Counted from the first letter of the stretch, positions 21,215 through 32,166 are shown. The stretch: 64,000 bases of DNA from an uncultured delta proteobacterium (GCA_963724765.1 CAVRVY010000004.1:1504001-1568000), one strand, 5' to 3'. The notes: generated from the letters alone by a model not told the origin. A program made the numbers and translations.

Positions 21215-22644
21215 AAATGTTGGACCTACTGATTCGCGGCGGTCAAGTCGTTACTCCCCAGGGCGTCGGGAAGTGGAGCGTCGGAGTCCAGGGCGAAAAG
21301 ATTGCCTTCATCGGAACCGATGAACACGCGCCCCAGGCGGGAAGAACGATTGACGCTAACGGCAAGATCGTGGTTCCGGGCGGGATCGAACCTCACGCCC
21401 ATCTCGATATCTACGACCTTACCAATCCCGACGCCGGCGTAAGCACCCTCGGTCCTGAAGAAGACACCCGTGGCATGGCGTTCGGTGGAACGACTACGCA
21501 CCTGGATTTCTGCTTCATCGAGCCGGGAATGGATATTACCCAGGGGATCGAGACACGGGCGGCGCGATGGAAGGGACAATCATATGTCGATTACTCTTTC
21601 CATGTCGGTCTGATGGGCGCGCTTCCGATTAGCGTATTCGATCAGATCGGCGATGTAATCAAGCAGGGTTTTCCGAGCTTCAAGATTTTTACCACGGATG
21701 TGATGCCGCCGCATCCCAAGCGCGTCAGGCTGCGGCTTGATATGGGGCGCGTACAGCTCGCAATGGAAAAGGTCGCGAAAAACGACGGCATCATGGTCGT
21801 GCACGCCGAGGACGACGACCTGGTCCAGTTCAATTACGAAAAGTTCGCCGCCGAGGGCAGGACCGAAGGATGGAACATGAATCTGGTCCATACCAAGCTC
21901 TCCGAGGAGCTCGCCTTCGATCGAGTCATCCGCCTGGCCCGCGCGAGCGGCGCCGGAGTGTATTTCGTACATACGTCCGCGCGTGAAGGGGTGGAGGCGG
22001 TGGCCGAGGCTCGGGGACGTAATCTGCCGATCTACTGCGAAACGTTGCATCACTATGCCTGCTTCTCGGCCGACGATTACAAAACACCCCGCGGCTTCTG
22101 CTACCACACCTATCCCTCATTGAAGGGACACGACGATAACAACGCGCTCTGGGACGGACTGATTAATGACGCGGTATCCACTACCGCGACGGACGAGTTC
22201 CCGACCTCGCTCGACCACAAGCTATCGGGCAAGCGAATTGATAACGTGACCGGCGGAAACCTGGGCGCTGAGGCACGGATGGGAATCTTCTATACCGAGG
22301 GCGTGGTGAAACGCGGGATGACTCTCCAGCGCTTTGCTGACGTGACCTCGACCAACGCGGCGCGCATCCTTGGGCTCTATCCGCGCAAGGGGGTAATCGC
22401 CGCGGGCAGCGACGCCGACATCGTGCTCATCGATCCATCGATCAAGAAGAAGCTGACCCGCGAGGACTTCCACGTGAGTGACTACAGCCCGTGGGAGGGA
22501 TGGCAGGTCGAAGGATGGCCGGTGACTACGATATTGCGCGGCAAGGTAATCGTCGAAAACAGGAAGCTCCTGGCAACCCTGGGTTATGGGCAACTCATCG
22601 CACGCAAGATGGATCCGGTCGTGCTGCGCCGTCCGGCCGCCTGA
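21211..22644 (+). CDS. Dihydropyrimidinase/hydantoinase-family cyclic amidohydrolase
   Basis: PGGIEPHAH, GGTTT, SFKIF (carboxylated Lys), VHAED and YPRKG.IA.GSDAD motifs; start at 21211 or 21217. Confidence 0.9.
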   Translation: MKMLDLLIRGGQVVTPQGVGKWSVGVQGEKIAFIGTDEHAPQAGRTIDANGKIVVPGGIEPHAHLDIYDLTNPDAGVSTLGPEEDTRGMAFGGTTTHLDFCFIEPGMDITQGIETRAARWKGQSYVDYSFHVGLMGALPISVFDQIGDVIKQGFPSFKIFTTDVMPPHPKRVRLRLDMGRVQLAMEKVAKNDGIMVVHAEDDDLVQFNYEKFAAEGRTEGWNMNLVHTKLSEELAFDRVIRLARASGAGVYFVHTSAREGVEAVAEARGRNLPIYCETLHHYACFSADDYKTPRGFCYHTYPSLKGHDDNNALWDGLINDAVSTTATDEFPTSLDHKLSGKRIDNVTGGNLGAEARMGIFYTEGVVKRGMTLQRFADVTSTNAARILGLYPRKGVIAAGSDADIVLIDPSIKKKLTREDFHVSDYSPWEGWQVEGWPVTTILRGKVIVENRKLLATLGYGQLIARKMDPVVLRRPAA

Positions 22645-22862
22645 GGCATCCCGGCGCGAAGAGGCCCGGGGTCGACCGCGGACTAGTCAAAATTTGCCGG
22701 CCGATCCTGGGCCGCGATGAATCATGAAAAGTTTCGAGAGATCGAGGCTCTGCTGTGTGTGGTTTGCAACCCGTGCCGAGCCTGGTGTATGCAAAGTTTC
22801 TGTCCGACTCTTGATGCACGCTTCAAGGTTTCCGGCCGATCCGGCCGGACTAGGAAGTCGCC

Positions 22863-23753
22863 ATGAGTGCCGCCAACAAACAAATTCTTTGCGGGTTTGG
22901 GATCGACGTCGACGCGGTCGCGGGCTGGCTCGGCTCCTACGGCGGCCAGGATTCCCCATTCGACATTTCGCGCGGCCTTTTCGCCGGCGAGGTGGGCACT
23001 CCACGGCTGTTGCGCCTCTACGACCGCTACAAGATCAAGACTTCCTGGTTTATCCCGGGCCATTCGATCGAAACCTTCCCCGAGCAGATGCGCGAGGTCG
23101 CGCAAGCGGGCCACGAGATCGGTGCACATGGCTATTCGCATGAAAATCCGGTCTCGATGACCCCGCGCCAGGAAGAGGACGTGCTTGCGCGATCGATCGA
23201 TCTGATCCATAAACTTAGCGGCCGCAATCCGCGCGGCTTTGTCGCGCCGTGGTGGGAGATGTCCTCCGTCACCGCCGAGTTACTGCTCAAATTTGGTTTT
23301 CGTTACGACCACAGCCAGGGCCACAACGACTTTCAGCCCTACTATGCACGGGTCGGCGAAAGCTGGACCAAGGTGGATTACTCCAAGTCCGCGGCGCAGT
23401 GGATGAAGCCGCTGAAGCGGGGGAAAGCCGTCGACTTGGTGGAGATTTCGGCCAACTGGTACCTCGACAATCTTCCGCCGATGATGTTCATCAAGGCCTC
23501 ACCCAATAGCCACGGCTTCGTCAACCCGCGCGATATCGAACAGTTGTGGCGCGATCAGTTCGACTGGGTATACCGCGAATACGAATGGGCGATATTTCCA
23601 CTGACTATTCATCCGGACGTATCGGGCCGCCCGCAGGTGCTTATGATGCTCGAGCGGCTAATCGAATACATCAGTGGACATTCAGGCGCGCGCTGGTGCA
23701 CGATGGAAGAAATGGCGGAAGAGTTCCGGCAGCGCCATCCGTTCAAGGGCTGA
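22863..23753 (+). CDS. CE4 polysaccharide deacetylase (HP0310/PuuE-like)
   Basis: [23 protein letters not shown] and [10 protein letters not shown] motifs. Confidence 0.9.
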   Translation: MSAANKQILCGFGIDVDAVAGWLGSYGGQDSPFDISRGLFAGEVGTPRLLRLYDRYKIKTSWFIPGHSIETFPEQMREVAQAGHEIGAHGYSHENPVSMTPRQEEDVLARSIDLIHKLSGRNPRGFVAPWWEMSSVTAELLLKFGFRYDHSQGHNDFQPYYARVGESWTKVDYSKSAAQWMKPLKRGKAVDLVEISANWYLDNLPPMMFIKASPNSHGFVNPRDIEQLWRDQFDWVYREYEWAIFPLTIHPDVSGRPQVLMMLERLIEYISGHSGARWCTMEEMAEEFRQRHPFKG

Positions 23754-23790
23754 TCCGAATCGCCTCACGCAAGAACCAATGGAGGCCGCG

Positions 23791-24192
23791 ATGAGCTCAG
23801 GAAAGTTCCCGGCCGAATACTACAAGGACATGGTGGTAAATAGGTACTTTGGCAAGGTCGATCGCAAAGACCTGGGCGGGGTCTTGCGCACCTTCGCTCC
23901 GGGCGCGGCCTTCACTATACAGTCCGCCTTCACCACACATGAAGGTCGCGACACCGGGATCAGGAAGATGTTCGAGAACCTGTTCGAGAACTACAAGATC
24001 ATCGTGCACAAGGATTTCACGCACATAGTGGACGTCGAGAGCAACGCCTGCTCGGCGCAGTTCAACGTCGAGCTGACCGATCCGGCCGGCAAACTTACCA
24101 AGCTGAGCAATTGCAAGTTTTTCTACCTGGACGACGCCGGCAAGTTCAAGCGCGTGTGCGTATACATGAGCGGGCCGAATGTGCTGGTCTGA
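23791..24192 (+). CDS. NTF2/SnoaL-like protein
   Basis: YFGKVD...F...A.F...HEGRD.IRKMF pattern; ATG at 23791 after GGAGG. Confidence 0.75.
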   Translation: MSSGKFPAEYYKDMVVNRYFGKVDRKDLGGVLRTFAPGAAFTIQSAFTTHEGRDTGIRKMFENLFENYKIIVHKDFTHIVDVESNACSAQFNVELTDPAGKLTKLSNCKFFYLDDAGKFKRVCVYMSGPNVLV

Positions 24193-24238
24193 TCCGCCGC
24201 AAGGCGCACTTCAAATAAGTTGCGCTTCAAAGGGAGCG

Positions 24239-25231
24239 TCAGCCGGCACCCGCGCGCAACGTCTCGACCACACCCGCCATCGAATCCGGGCCGCTTTCGA
24301 CCGGCATCAGGATCGGCAGGGCAATCCCGGAGCGCCGATACTCGGCGATTCGTGCCCGCAGGTCGGTCGCAGTCCCAGAGGCGGTCAACGCGGCCACCAT
24401 CTCATCAGGAATAGCGGCCAGCGTGCGCTCGGTGTCGCCGCGCCTTGACGCCTCGACGATCGCATCCACGGCGGCGTCGAATCCTGCCTCCCTTGCAACG
24501 CGCTGGTAGCGCGGAAAATAACCCATGTAGAAGGCCAGCACCGGACGCACACGGTCGTAGGCGGTCTTGCGGTCTCGGGCAACACTCGCGGGCAGGAGCG
24601 AGGCGATTTCGATTTCCTTGGCGCTGCGCCCGGCGCGCGCGGCTCCGGCGGATAGGTGCTCGGCGGCGGCGCGCGTGGAATCGGGCGTGCTGAACACCAT
24701 CAGAAGGCCCTGAGCGATTTCGCCGCAGAGGCCGAGCATCTGCGGAAACAACGCGGAAAGATAAATCGGCACCGAAGTGTGGGCCGGTTTGAACCATAGA
24801 TCGAAATGCTCGATGGTGATGGTCTTGCCGCGAAAGGAGACCGCGCCATCGCGCAGCAGCGCACGAACCACCTCCACGGTCTCGCGCACGCGCGTCACCG
24901 GCTCGGTGTAGTGGACGCCGTGCTCGACTTCGACCTGGACCTTGTGGCTGGAGCCAAGGCCGAGCACGAAGCGGCCGTTGGAAAAATGATCGATACACGC
25001 CGCGGCCATCGCGATCGTCGGCGCGGTGCGTACGAAGACGCTGCTGATCGCCGTGCCCAGGCGCATCCGCGTGGTTGCGAGCGCGATCGCCGTCAGCAGC
25101 GAGAACTGGTCGCCGCCATGGCCTTCGACGACCCAGGCCGATTCGTATCCGGTTTGTTCGGCGAGCCGCGCGCATTCGACCGTGTCGGCGGGTGACAGCC
25201 CTGAGCCCAGAGCGATACCGAGGCGTTCCAC
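24239..25231 (-). CDS. LLM class flavin/F420-dependent oxidoreductase
   Basis: AEQTGYESAWVVE, TTRMRLGTAI, SNGRFVLGLG and PIYLSA motifs. Confidence 0.88.
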   Translation of the reverse strand: MERLGIALGSGLSPADTVECARLAEQTGYESAWVVEGHGGDQFSLLTAIALATTRMRLGTAISSVFVRTAPTIAMAAACIDHFSNGRFVLGLGSSHKVQVEVEHGVHYTEPVTRVRETVEVVRALLRDGAVSFRGKTITIEHFDLWFKPAHTSVPIYLSALFPQMLGLCGEIAQGLLMVFSTPDSTRAAAEHLSAGAARAGRSAKEIEIASLLPASVARDRKTAYDRVRPVLAFYMGYFPRYQRVAREAGFDAAVDAIVEASRRGDTERTLAAIPDEMVAALTASGTATDLRARIAEYRRSGIALPILMPVESGPDSMAGVVETLRAGAG

Positions 25232-25239
25232 GGCGGCGC

Positions 25240-25878
25240 TCAGGATTTCAATTCTTCGAGGTAAGCGAGCGCGTCCGCGAGCGACACCACGTCACCGTAC
25301 TTGCTATCCATGTCGAACAGATTGGCCTCGTGCGGCTCCTGCGCGCGATCGCCGACCGCCTCGTGCGGGATGATAGGCCTGAAGCCGTGCGAGAGCGCGT
25401 CGACCACGCTGGCGCGCACGCATCCGCTGGTCGTGCATCCGGTGACAATGAGCGTGTCGACACCGCGCGTGACGAGGGTCGCGGAGAGCGGCGTTCCGAG
25501 GAAGGCGGAGGCGTACTTCTTTACCAGCAGCAAATCCTCTGGAGCGCGACGAATGCGTGGATCGAGTTCGACCAGGTCCGAGCCCAGCCTGAGTTCGAGC
25601 AGGGTGGGCGCCTTCTCGGGCCACAGGCCGCCATCGCCGGGCACCTTGGGGTCGTAGCCGACGACGGTGAAGACGATCGGCACGCCCTTTTTTCGCGCGG
25701 CCGGGATGAGCTTGTTTATCGCCGCGACTTGCGCGTCGAGGTTGCCCGCCAGCGGCGATTTCTCGGGCGCGGTAAAGCCGATCTGCATGTCGACCACCAG
25801 CAAAGCGGGCCGTTTGCCGTAGCCGATCCGATGACCCAGGCCGCTGCGGTTATAGATTGATCGTTTGTCATCGCCCAT
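25240..25878 (-). CDS. Isochorismatase-family amidase (N-carbamoylsarcosine amidase/NicF-like)
   Basis: VVDMQ, KKYASAF and GCTTSGCVRASVVDA give the Asp-Lys-Cys triad. Confidence 0.9.
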   Translation of the reverse strand: MGDDKRSIYNRSGLGHRIGYGKRPALLVVDMQIGFTAPEKSPLAGNLDAQVAAINKLIPAARKKGVPIVFTVVGYDPKVPGDGGLWPEKAPTLLELRLGSDLVELDPRIRRAPEDLLLVKKYASAFLGTPLSATLVTRGVDTLIVTGCTTSGCVRASVVDALSHGFRPIIPHEAVGDRAQEPHEANLFDMDSKYGDVVSLADALAYLEELKS

Positions 25879-25932
25879 GGCGCTGCCTCCCAGCGATAGT
25901 TGCAGCCGTGCGGCCGCGGAGCGCGATCTTCA

Positions 25933-27351
25933 TCAGCCGCGCGGCTTCATCACCTGCGCGACCGGCTGCCCGAAACCCTTCTTGCCCACGATCTCGCCGT
26001 TCTCCATTGCCAACTGGCCGCGCAGGAACGTCATCACCGGAGCGCCTCTGACCTTGCGGCCTTCCCATAGTGAGTAGTCAGTGCGCCCGCGGTAACGATG
26101 CCGGCCCAGGGTGACTTCGGCCTCTGGATCGACCACAACCAGATCGGCGTCCGAGCCCACTACGATGACGCCCTTCTTGGGATAGATGCCATACATACGG
26201 GCTGCGTTCTCCGAGAGCGCGCGGGCGATCGTGACGAGATCGATCCCGCGCCGGTTCACCGCCTCGTCGAAGATCAGCGCGAGCGTGTCTGCGACTTGAT
26301 TATTGACGCCAACGCGGCAGTCCCAGAAGTCGCCGCGCTCCTTGAAACTCGCGGTGTAGGTGAGACTGTCGGTTCCGATTACCGAGAGCGTACCGTCTTT
26401 GATCCCGCGCCACAGACGATCGCGATCCTTCTGAAAGCGGATCGGCGGCTGGATCTTCCCCTTGCCGCCGGCATTGATGGCATCCATCTCGGGCGCGGTA
26501 GTCGAGAGAAAGTAAGCGATCGTTTCGCCCACGATTGGCATACCCTGGGCCTTGAGCGAAGCGATGGTATCGACGCTCTGCGCGGCGCTGATATGCACTG
26601 GATAGAGCGGGCATCCGAGTTGGTTGGCGATGAGTCCGTAAGTGTATATCTGTACGCTCTCCGCCCACTCCGGACTGCTCTCGGCCCACGCGGTGAGGTG
26701 ATCGGGCCGTCCCAGGCGCCGCAGTTCGTCGATCAGGATTCCGCGCACGAAGGGATCTTCGGCGTGGATCATCGGGAACACCGGCCGCCCGGCGGCGTTA
26801 ATCGAGCGGCAGGCCTCGTAGAAGAAAGCGGGGCTTATGCCCTCCTTGCTCATGCCGAAGCCCTCGGCCTGCTCGCCGGCATAGCCGGTGAAAAACTTGT
26901 ATGACACGCCGCCCTGGCTCGCCACCGCGGGAATCTGCTTAACCTGGTCGAGCGTGTTGACCACGCAGGTGACCTTGAAGTCACACCAGCTGCGCGACTC
27001 GCCGCACTTGACCGCGCGCGAATAAAGTTGAGGCAGCGGTTCGCGGCCGATCAGCGTCGTGGTGGCGATCGTGGTGACGCCGCCGACCAGGCATTCGCGG
27101 GTATCGAACTCGAAATCCGTGGCCATCGCGTCGTCACTGAACGAGTCGCCGCTGAGGCCGAGGTGCACGTGTGGGTCGAACAGCCCCGGCATCACGATCT
27201 TGCCCTTAAGGTCGATTTCGCGCCGCGCGCTACCCAACGTCTCCTCGGCGCCGACGCCTACGATCCGCTCGCCGGCAATCGCCACGCCGCCGCGAATTGC
27301 GCCGCTCGGAGTGACTACCAGGCCATTCTTGAGAAGCAGGTCATTAGTCAT
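25933..27351 (-). CDS. Dihydropyrimidinase/allantoinase-like cyclic amidohydrolase
   Basis: PGLFDPHVH, GGVTT, SYKFF, IHAED, VHIS, PPIR, GTD and YPKKG..VGSDAD motifs. Confidence 0.9.
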   Translation of the reverse strand: MTNDLLLKNGLVVTPSGAIRGGVAIAGERIVGVGAEETLGSARREIDLKGKIVMPGLFDPHVHLGLSGDSFSDDAMATDFEFDTRECLVGGVTTIATTTLIGREPLPQLYSRAVKCGESRSWCDFKVTCVVNTLDQVKQIPAVASQGGVSYKFFTGYAGEQAEGFGMSKEGISPAFFYEACRSINAAGRPVFPMIHAEDPFVRGILIDELRRLGRPDHLTAWAESSPEWAESVQIYTYGLIANQLGCPLYPVHISAAQSVDTIASLKAQGMPIVGETIAYFLSTTAPEMDAINAGGKGKIQPPIRFQKDRDRLWRGIKDGTLSVIGTDSLTYTASFKERGDFWDCRVGVNNQVADTLALIFDEAVNRRGIDLVTIARALSENAARMYGIYPKKGVIVVGSDADLVVVDPEAEVTLGRHRYRGRTDYSLWEGRKVRGAPVMTFLRGQLAMENGEIVGKKGFGQPVAQVMKPRG

Positions 27352-27718
27352 ATCAAAGCTCCGTTGGTAAAGCTCCGTTGGCTATGAAGCTTTCGTCAGC
27401 ATCCCGTACCAGCGCCGGCGGCGCAAACCCGAGGTTGCGCCGCCAGCAAATGGCGCGGAACTCTCCCACCGGACCTAACGATGGATCGATTCGAGAGCGC
27501 CTGGGTCGAACAACGCCTTCAGCAGTTGCGGCGAGTACCGTTCCATCACGGGGCCTTGCTGGCGAAAGACCGTCGCACGGCCATTCTGGACGTCGATTGC
27601 GCTCAGATGCCACCAAATAACCGCGTGGGCGCCATTCATGGTTTCGGCCCAGAAGCCGGGCTTGAATGCCGTCGGCCCGCAATCTGACCTGCGATGCGTA
27701 TTGCTCAGTGCACCGCAG

Positions 27719-27815
27719 GGCGGACCGGCGGGCGGCGTCGCGGGCGCGCTGTGGGTTGCCAAACAGGCCGGCTTCGACAACGTGCTCACGCTCGATATGG
27801 GTGGCCTCGACCGAC
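27719..27815 (+). pseudogene. Hydantoinase/oxoprolinase (HyuA) fragment
   Basis: GGPAGGVAGALWVAKQAGFDNVLTLDMGG, then a frameshift into STD; matches the family signature GPAGG...DMGGTSTD. Confidence 0.75.
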
Positions 27816-28044
27816 ACCGACCCGCAATCCGAGAGCTCGACATCGGTGGAGGAACTCAAGCGCAACTGCCAGCAGGAGACTGGCCTCCCTGCGCCACGCT
27901 GAACCGGGGCCTCAAACGCGGCTTTGATGGGTCGCGGCGCGCGGTGGCGCGGCCAGCCGTGAATTTTTGGAGCAGGCGCCGTAGGCTGGCCGGCCAGCAT
28001 GCTCCCACTCATCACAGCGCTCTCTCCACTGCGCTGAGGCGGGA

Positions 28045-28467
28045 TTACTGCTGTGATTCCTCGAGCCCGTGTTTAAGCTGACTCTGGTAGGCGGCATTGT
28101 CAAAATGGCCTCGTGACTCGGCTATCAGCCCGTCAGCACCCATCTCCCATGTCTCGAACCCGCTGATGCGAACTCGCTTCCCGGTCCCGCCCGGCCCAGT
28201 GTTCGTACCGGCGAGTGTCCAATGGTAAACGATGCTGTCGCCCTCAACGCGGACGTCGTCCATCGTTACCTCCATATCCGGAAAAGCGGTCATGAAGCCC
28301 TGAGCGACCTCGCTGATCGCACTCCGCCCCACCGCCGGAGCTTCAGCGTTGACGCTGAGCGAGCCATTGCGTGAGTAGCACGCGGCCACGTTAGCGGGTT
28401 CTCTGCTACACCACGCCGCGGTGTAACGCTTTGCAAAATCGCGCAGCTGAGCTGGTTCAATTTTCAT
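28045..28467 (-). CDS. SnoaL-like ester cyclase family protein
   Basis: YTAAW, FMTAFPDM and WTLAGTNTGPGGTGKRVRISG motifs; start MKIEP at 28467. Confidence 0.85.
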   Translation of the reverse strand: MKIEPAQLRDFAKRYTAAWCSREPANVAACYSRNGSLSVNAEAPAVGRSAISEVAQGFMTAFPDMEVTMDDVRVEGDSIVYHWTLAGTNTGPGGTGKRVRISGFETWEMGADGLIAESRGHFDNAAYQSQLKHGLEESQQ

Positions 28468-28749
28468 AAGGTTCCTCCCGACGGAACGGCGTCGCCCTTT
28501 CTGATCAGACTCGCACGGTAAGGTATGCACCAGTTTAAAGCCACACATCGTGCAAGCCCAGTCTCCTTTAGCAGTCTTTTAGTGCGAGCCCGGAAACAGA
28601 TTTGGCTTTTGTAGTGGCAAACCTCAGGCTCTCGTCGTCAGAGCGACGGTACATCATTTGCTACTACATATCGATTGTTCGACATGTACTTACAATATTT
28701 ACAACCAGTCGAGACAATTCGACCATAGAAACAAAAGAGGTGCTCTGCA

Positions 28750-29142
28750 ATGAAAACAAGTGATGTATGCGCCGCTGTCTGCGCAGCCTTGATGATCGTA
28801 ATGCCGATGTCGACTCCGGTATTGGCGCAAATGAATAGCGATTATCCTCAGAAACATGGCGGGGCGACGCCTGATAACCCCCGTGCGGCAAACAACCCTG
28901 ACGCAGTTAACGACACGACGTTGCACAAATCGGCCGTGGCGTATGTCAGGCTGCAGCGTCTCTCAAGCAGCAAAGCGGTCAGCCATTCCGACGAGGCAGC
29001 CGTGGTCCAGCAGGCGGGGTTGGAACCTTTGGCATACAAGCACGTGATGATGCTCGTTCAAACAGACAAGCCGTTGCGACACAAATTTATGAAGTTTGTG
29101 CAGCAAGAGGGCGGTCAACCATCATCCGCTATGCTTCACTGA
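28750..29142 (+). CDS. Secreted hypothetical protein (DUF4168-like)
   Basis: Signal peptide ending VLA-Q; AVAY...VQQAGL...Y..V...VQTD..LR pattern. Confidence 0.55.
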   Translation: MKTSDVCAAVCAALMIVMPMSTPVLAQMNSDYPQKHGGATPDNPRAANNPDAVNDTTLHKSAVAYVRLQRLSSSKAVSHSDEAAVVQQAGLEPLAYKHVMMLVQTDKPLRHKFMKFVQQEGGQPSSAMLH

Positions 29143-29199
29143 AACCATGGTAGCCGGCGTTTTTTACGTAGGACGTTCGATGGCTTCCGCGGAAGGGCG

Positions 29200-29350
29200 T
29201 ACTATAAGGGCGCTCGGGCGAGAGCCGACGCCTGAGAATATCGGCAACATTGGTCGCATTTCTGTGCTCGGATCGTGCCGCCAATATTTCCGGGCAGGTA
29301 ATGGCGGTGGACGGCGGAATCGTGCTGGGACGCCCACCACTCCGCGCGTG
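29200..29350 (+). pseudogene. SDR oxidoreductase C-terminal remnant
   Basis: LGREPTPENIGN, frameshift, then VAFLCSDRAANISGQVMAVDGG. Confidence 0.7.
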
Positions 29351-29430
29351 ATGCGCTATCGGTTCACGCAAGTGCGCGTGCGATCCCAGGCCGCGTGGGA
29401 GAAACTTCGATGATGAAGGGCGCTATTGGA

Positions 29431-30720
29431 CTAGCCGTTCACCTTCCGCGCAAGTTCAACGCCGAACTGTTTGGCAGCGTTATCGCCCAACATGCGCGCG
29501 AGAATGGATTCGTCAACCCGAGCGCGCGTGAGCGTTTCGATCGCCTCGATCGCGGTGGTGGTATCGTGATGCGGATAACGAGATCCCCAAACGACCTTTT
29601 CAGCGAACTCGTTCGGCAGTTTCTGAATCTGGCGCTCTTCGGCATCGAAACCGAGCATCACACGTCCTTCTTTCCACAACTCTTCGGTGTCCGTGCGGAC
29701 AGGATAATAATGGAGCAGCGGGATCGAGCGGGTCGAGGCCTCCATCTTCTCGAGCACCTCCTCCATCCATGAGGCCTTGCCGTGGGCCACCACCACTTTC
29801 ATTTTAGGGTAGCGCTGCATCACCGTGAAACCGATCAAGGTCGACGCGACAAACATATGGTTGTCGAGCCAGTACGATAGAATTGGAGCGATCGGATGAC
29901 CGAGGGGCGGTGATGCGACGAAAGTGAAACCCTGATCTCCGCCACCTCCGGCATGTGGCCCGCCTCCCGCGTCAGCAATGATAGACCGCTGATTCAATCG
30001 GCGCTTTACCTTCTCAAAAAACTGTCCGTGCGACGTCCATTCGGGATTCCACAATCCAGTTGCGGAATGCACCGCCGCATTAATCCCGAGGCTTTCCAAC
30101 TCGGCCCAGAGGGGATCATAGTAGGGATGAGTGAAGTAATGCCCTTCGATAAACATGGGCCGGATGAACGCGCCGCGGAAACATGGAATCTTGGCGACGC
30201 GGCGCAGCTCCTCCACCGTGTAATCCATGTTCTGGAGTGGGACCATAGCCGCCGCAAACAGTCGGTCTGGCGCGGTCCTGCAGAAGTCCGCGATCCAGTT
30301 GTTGTACGCGCGGGCAAGCGCATACGCCACGTCCGGATCTTCAACCAGGTGGAAACCCTCGGCAAACCAGGTCGGATAGAGAAAGGCCTGGTCGATACCC
30401 ATTGCGTCCATATTGCTCAGGCGAGCCTGAGCGTTTGAAGCCCCTTCGGACATCGGATGACGCCGGCGCGGATCGAGCTCACCGACTTTGTCCCAGGTCA
30501 TCCCGGGCCGCCAGATCGCGTGGCGCGGGATATTTGAGTTCATCGTATCCCGGAAAACTTTGCCATTAACCTTGAGATAGGAGCCGAACTTCCCTTCTTC
30601 GCGCCAGAGAGCATGTTTGCCTAAAGTGCGGTATTCAGGCTCCAGGTACTTAGTCCAAAGTTCCGGCGGTTCCACAACGTGAGAATCGCCATCAAAGACC
30701 GGGAAGCGCTTGTTGGCCAT
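29431..30720 (-). CDS. Amidohydro_2 family protein with a degenerate active site
   Basis: FDGDSHVVEP, MDAMGID, AYNNWIADFC, AAVHS and WGSRYPHHD motifs. Confidence 0.88.
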   Translation of the reverse strand: MANKRFPVFDGDSHVVEPPELWTKYLEPEYRTLGKHALWREEGKFGSYLKVNGKVFRDTMNSNIPRHAIWRPGMTWDKVGELDPRRRHPMSEGASNAQARLSNMDAMGIDQAFLYPTWFAEGFHLVEDPDVAYALARAYNNWIADFCRTAPDRLFAAAMVPLQNMDYTVEELRRVAKIPCFRGAFIRPMFIEGHYFTHPYYDPLWAELESLGINAAVHSATGLWNPEWTSHGQFFEKVKRRLNQRSIIADAGGGPHAGGGGDQGFTFVASPPLGHPIAPILSYWLDNHMFVASTLIGFTVMQRYPKMKVVVAHGKASWMEEVLEKMEASTRSIPLLHYYPVRTDTEELWKEGRVMLGFDAEERQIQKLPNEFAEKVVWGSRYPHHDTTTAIEAIETLTRARVDESILARMLGDNAAKQFGVELARKVNG

Positions 30721-30741
30721 GACTGATTGTCCCTTTTCGAT

Positions 30742-32166
30742 TTAGCGGCTGCCGCCGACGCCTGGAGAGAATTCGGCTCGGGTCCGCAGAACCGCAGCCT
30801 CCGGTTTGAGCGATGCCTTCACCTCCTCCTCCGTTGGCCACCAATCGGGCCGCTCGATCTCGGTTACCCTGTCACGGATGAAGTTTTTCGGCGTATCGAT
30901 TCTATAGAGCTTCCGTGCGTTCTCACCCAGGAACTTCGCCTGATACTTCTCCGGAAGCTCGCACTTGCGCATGGTCTCGATCGCCCGCCACGCGTCGTCG
31001 CCGTCGTGATGATAGACATCAGACGACCACGCCAGAATGTTCTCGTAAAACTCCGGCAAGCGCGAAGGCGGCGCTTCGTCGCCTTCGAAACCGGTTACGC
31101 AATGCTCGAAAAAGGTCTCGCTCGGGAGACGCCTGAGGGGCGGCAATTGGCGATCATTGCGATAGAGGCGATAGTGCTTGTCGCACTCGTCGAGCACAAA
31201 GCTCAACCATGTCGAGGAGGCCTCAAAGACCGCAGCCCTCAGCTTTGAGTACCGTTCAAAGAAGCCTGACATCAGCACCATCGCTACCCATAGTGAGGCC
31301 TCCGCCTGGAAATCCTGCACGTTTATCAGGAAGGAGTGAGGCAGGCCTGCCGTTGAAGCGGTAAGCGCGATTAGTTCTGCGCCCGAATGTTGCTCGGTGT
31401 ACCCGGGCGGCTTCAGCGACCCGAAGGCCGGGAACGGATGCATCCCGTAGACCACGCCTGTTTCTTCCATCGCGCGCCACACGCGCTCGTACTTGGGCTG
31501 AATCGGATAATTGCCCATGGCATCGATTGGGCGGACCAGTCCGACACGACAACGCTTGGCCGCGACGCGATAAATCTCCTGCTGGGCGAATTTGGGATCT
31601 TGCATCGGCAACATCGCCGCGAAGAACAGCCGCTCCGGATTCTCCTGACAATATTCATAAGCCCAGTCGTTGTATGCCTTGCACATCGCCTTGGCGCCAA
31701 CCGCATTTTGCAGCCATGGATAAGTGTCGATGTCGGTAGGAATGATCATCACCTGATCGATCCCCTGGACGTCCATGTCCCTCAGGCGCGGCTTGGGCTC
31801 GTACGATCCCTTGTGATCGAGATAATCCGCCTGTTCCGCGGTTAGTGCGGTGTCACGCTTGAGATTGCGCACGTTCAACGCACGCTGGATATCGTGCTTG
31901 AGGCCCGGTCCGGCCAGGGAAAGCACGTTTACCATGCCAGGCGTGCCATGGATTCGTTGCGAGCCGAGTCCGCTTCCGGCCTTGCCATTTACGATTAGCT
32001 GCTCGCTCTCGGGGTCGAACCAGATCGTGTTCTTGAGCGCTTCGAGCTCGTCCTTGGTAAGCCAGTCCTTGGCGCGCTCCCACAGCCACGGTGGCTCCGT
32101 GACATGAGCGTCGCAGTCGAAGATGGCGAAATTCTTTGTCATCGGTGGGAATTTCTGAACCGTCAT
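30742..32166 (-). CDS. Amidohydro_2 family protein
   Basis: FDCDAHVTEP, DMDVQGID, AYNDWA, GMHPF, VFEAS and WSSDVYHHD motifs; ATG at 32166 after GGAGG. Confidence 0.9.
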   Translation of the reverse strand: MTVQKFPPMTKNFAIFDCDAHVTEPPWLWERAKDWLTKDELEALKNTIWFDPESEQLIVNGKAGSGLGSQRIHGTPGMVNVLSLAGPGLKHDIQRALNVRNLKRDTALTAEQADYLDHKGSYEPKPRLRDMDVQGIDQVMIIPTDIDTYPWLQNAVGAKAMCKAYNDWAYEYCQENPERLFFAAMLPMQDPKFAQQEIYRVAAKRCRVGLVRPIDAMGNYPIQPKYERVWRAMEETGVVYGMHPFPAFGSLKPPGYTEQHSGAELIALTASTAGLPHSFLINVQDFQAEASLWVAMVLMSGFFERYSKLRAAVFEASSTWLSFVLDECDKHYRLYRNDRQLPPLRRLPSETFFEHCVTGFEGDEAPPSRLPEFYENILAWSSDVYHHDGDDAWRAIETMRKCELPEKYQAKFLGENARKLYRIDTPKNFIRDRVTEIERPDWWPTEEEVKASLKPEAAVLRTRAEFSPGVGGSR

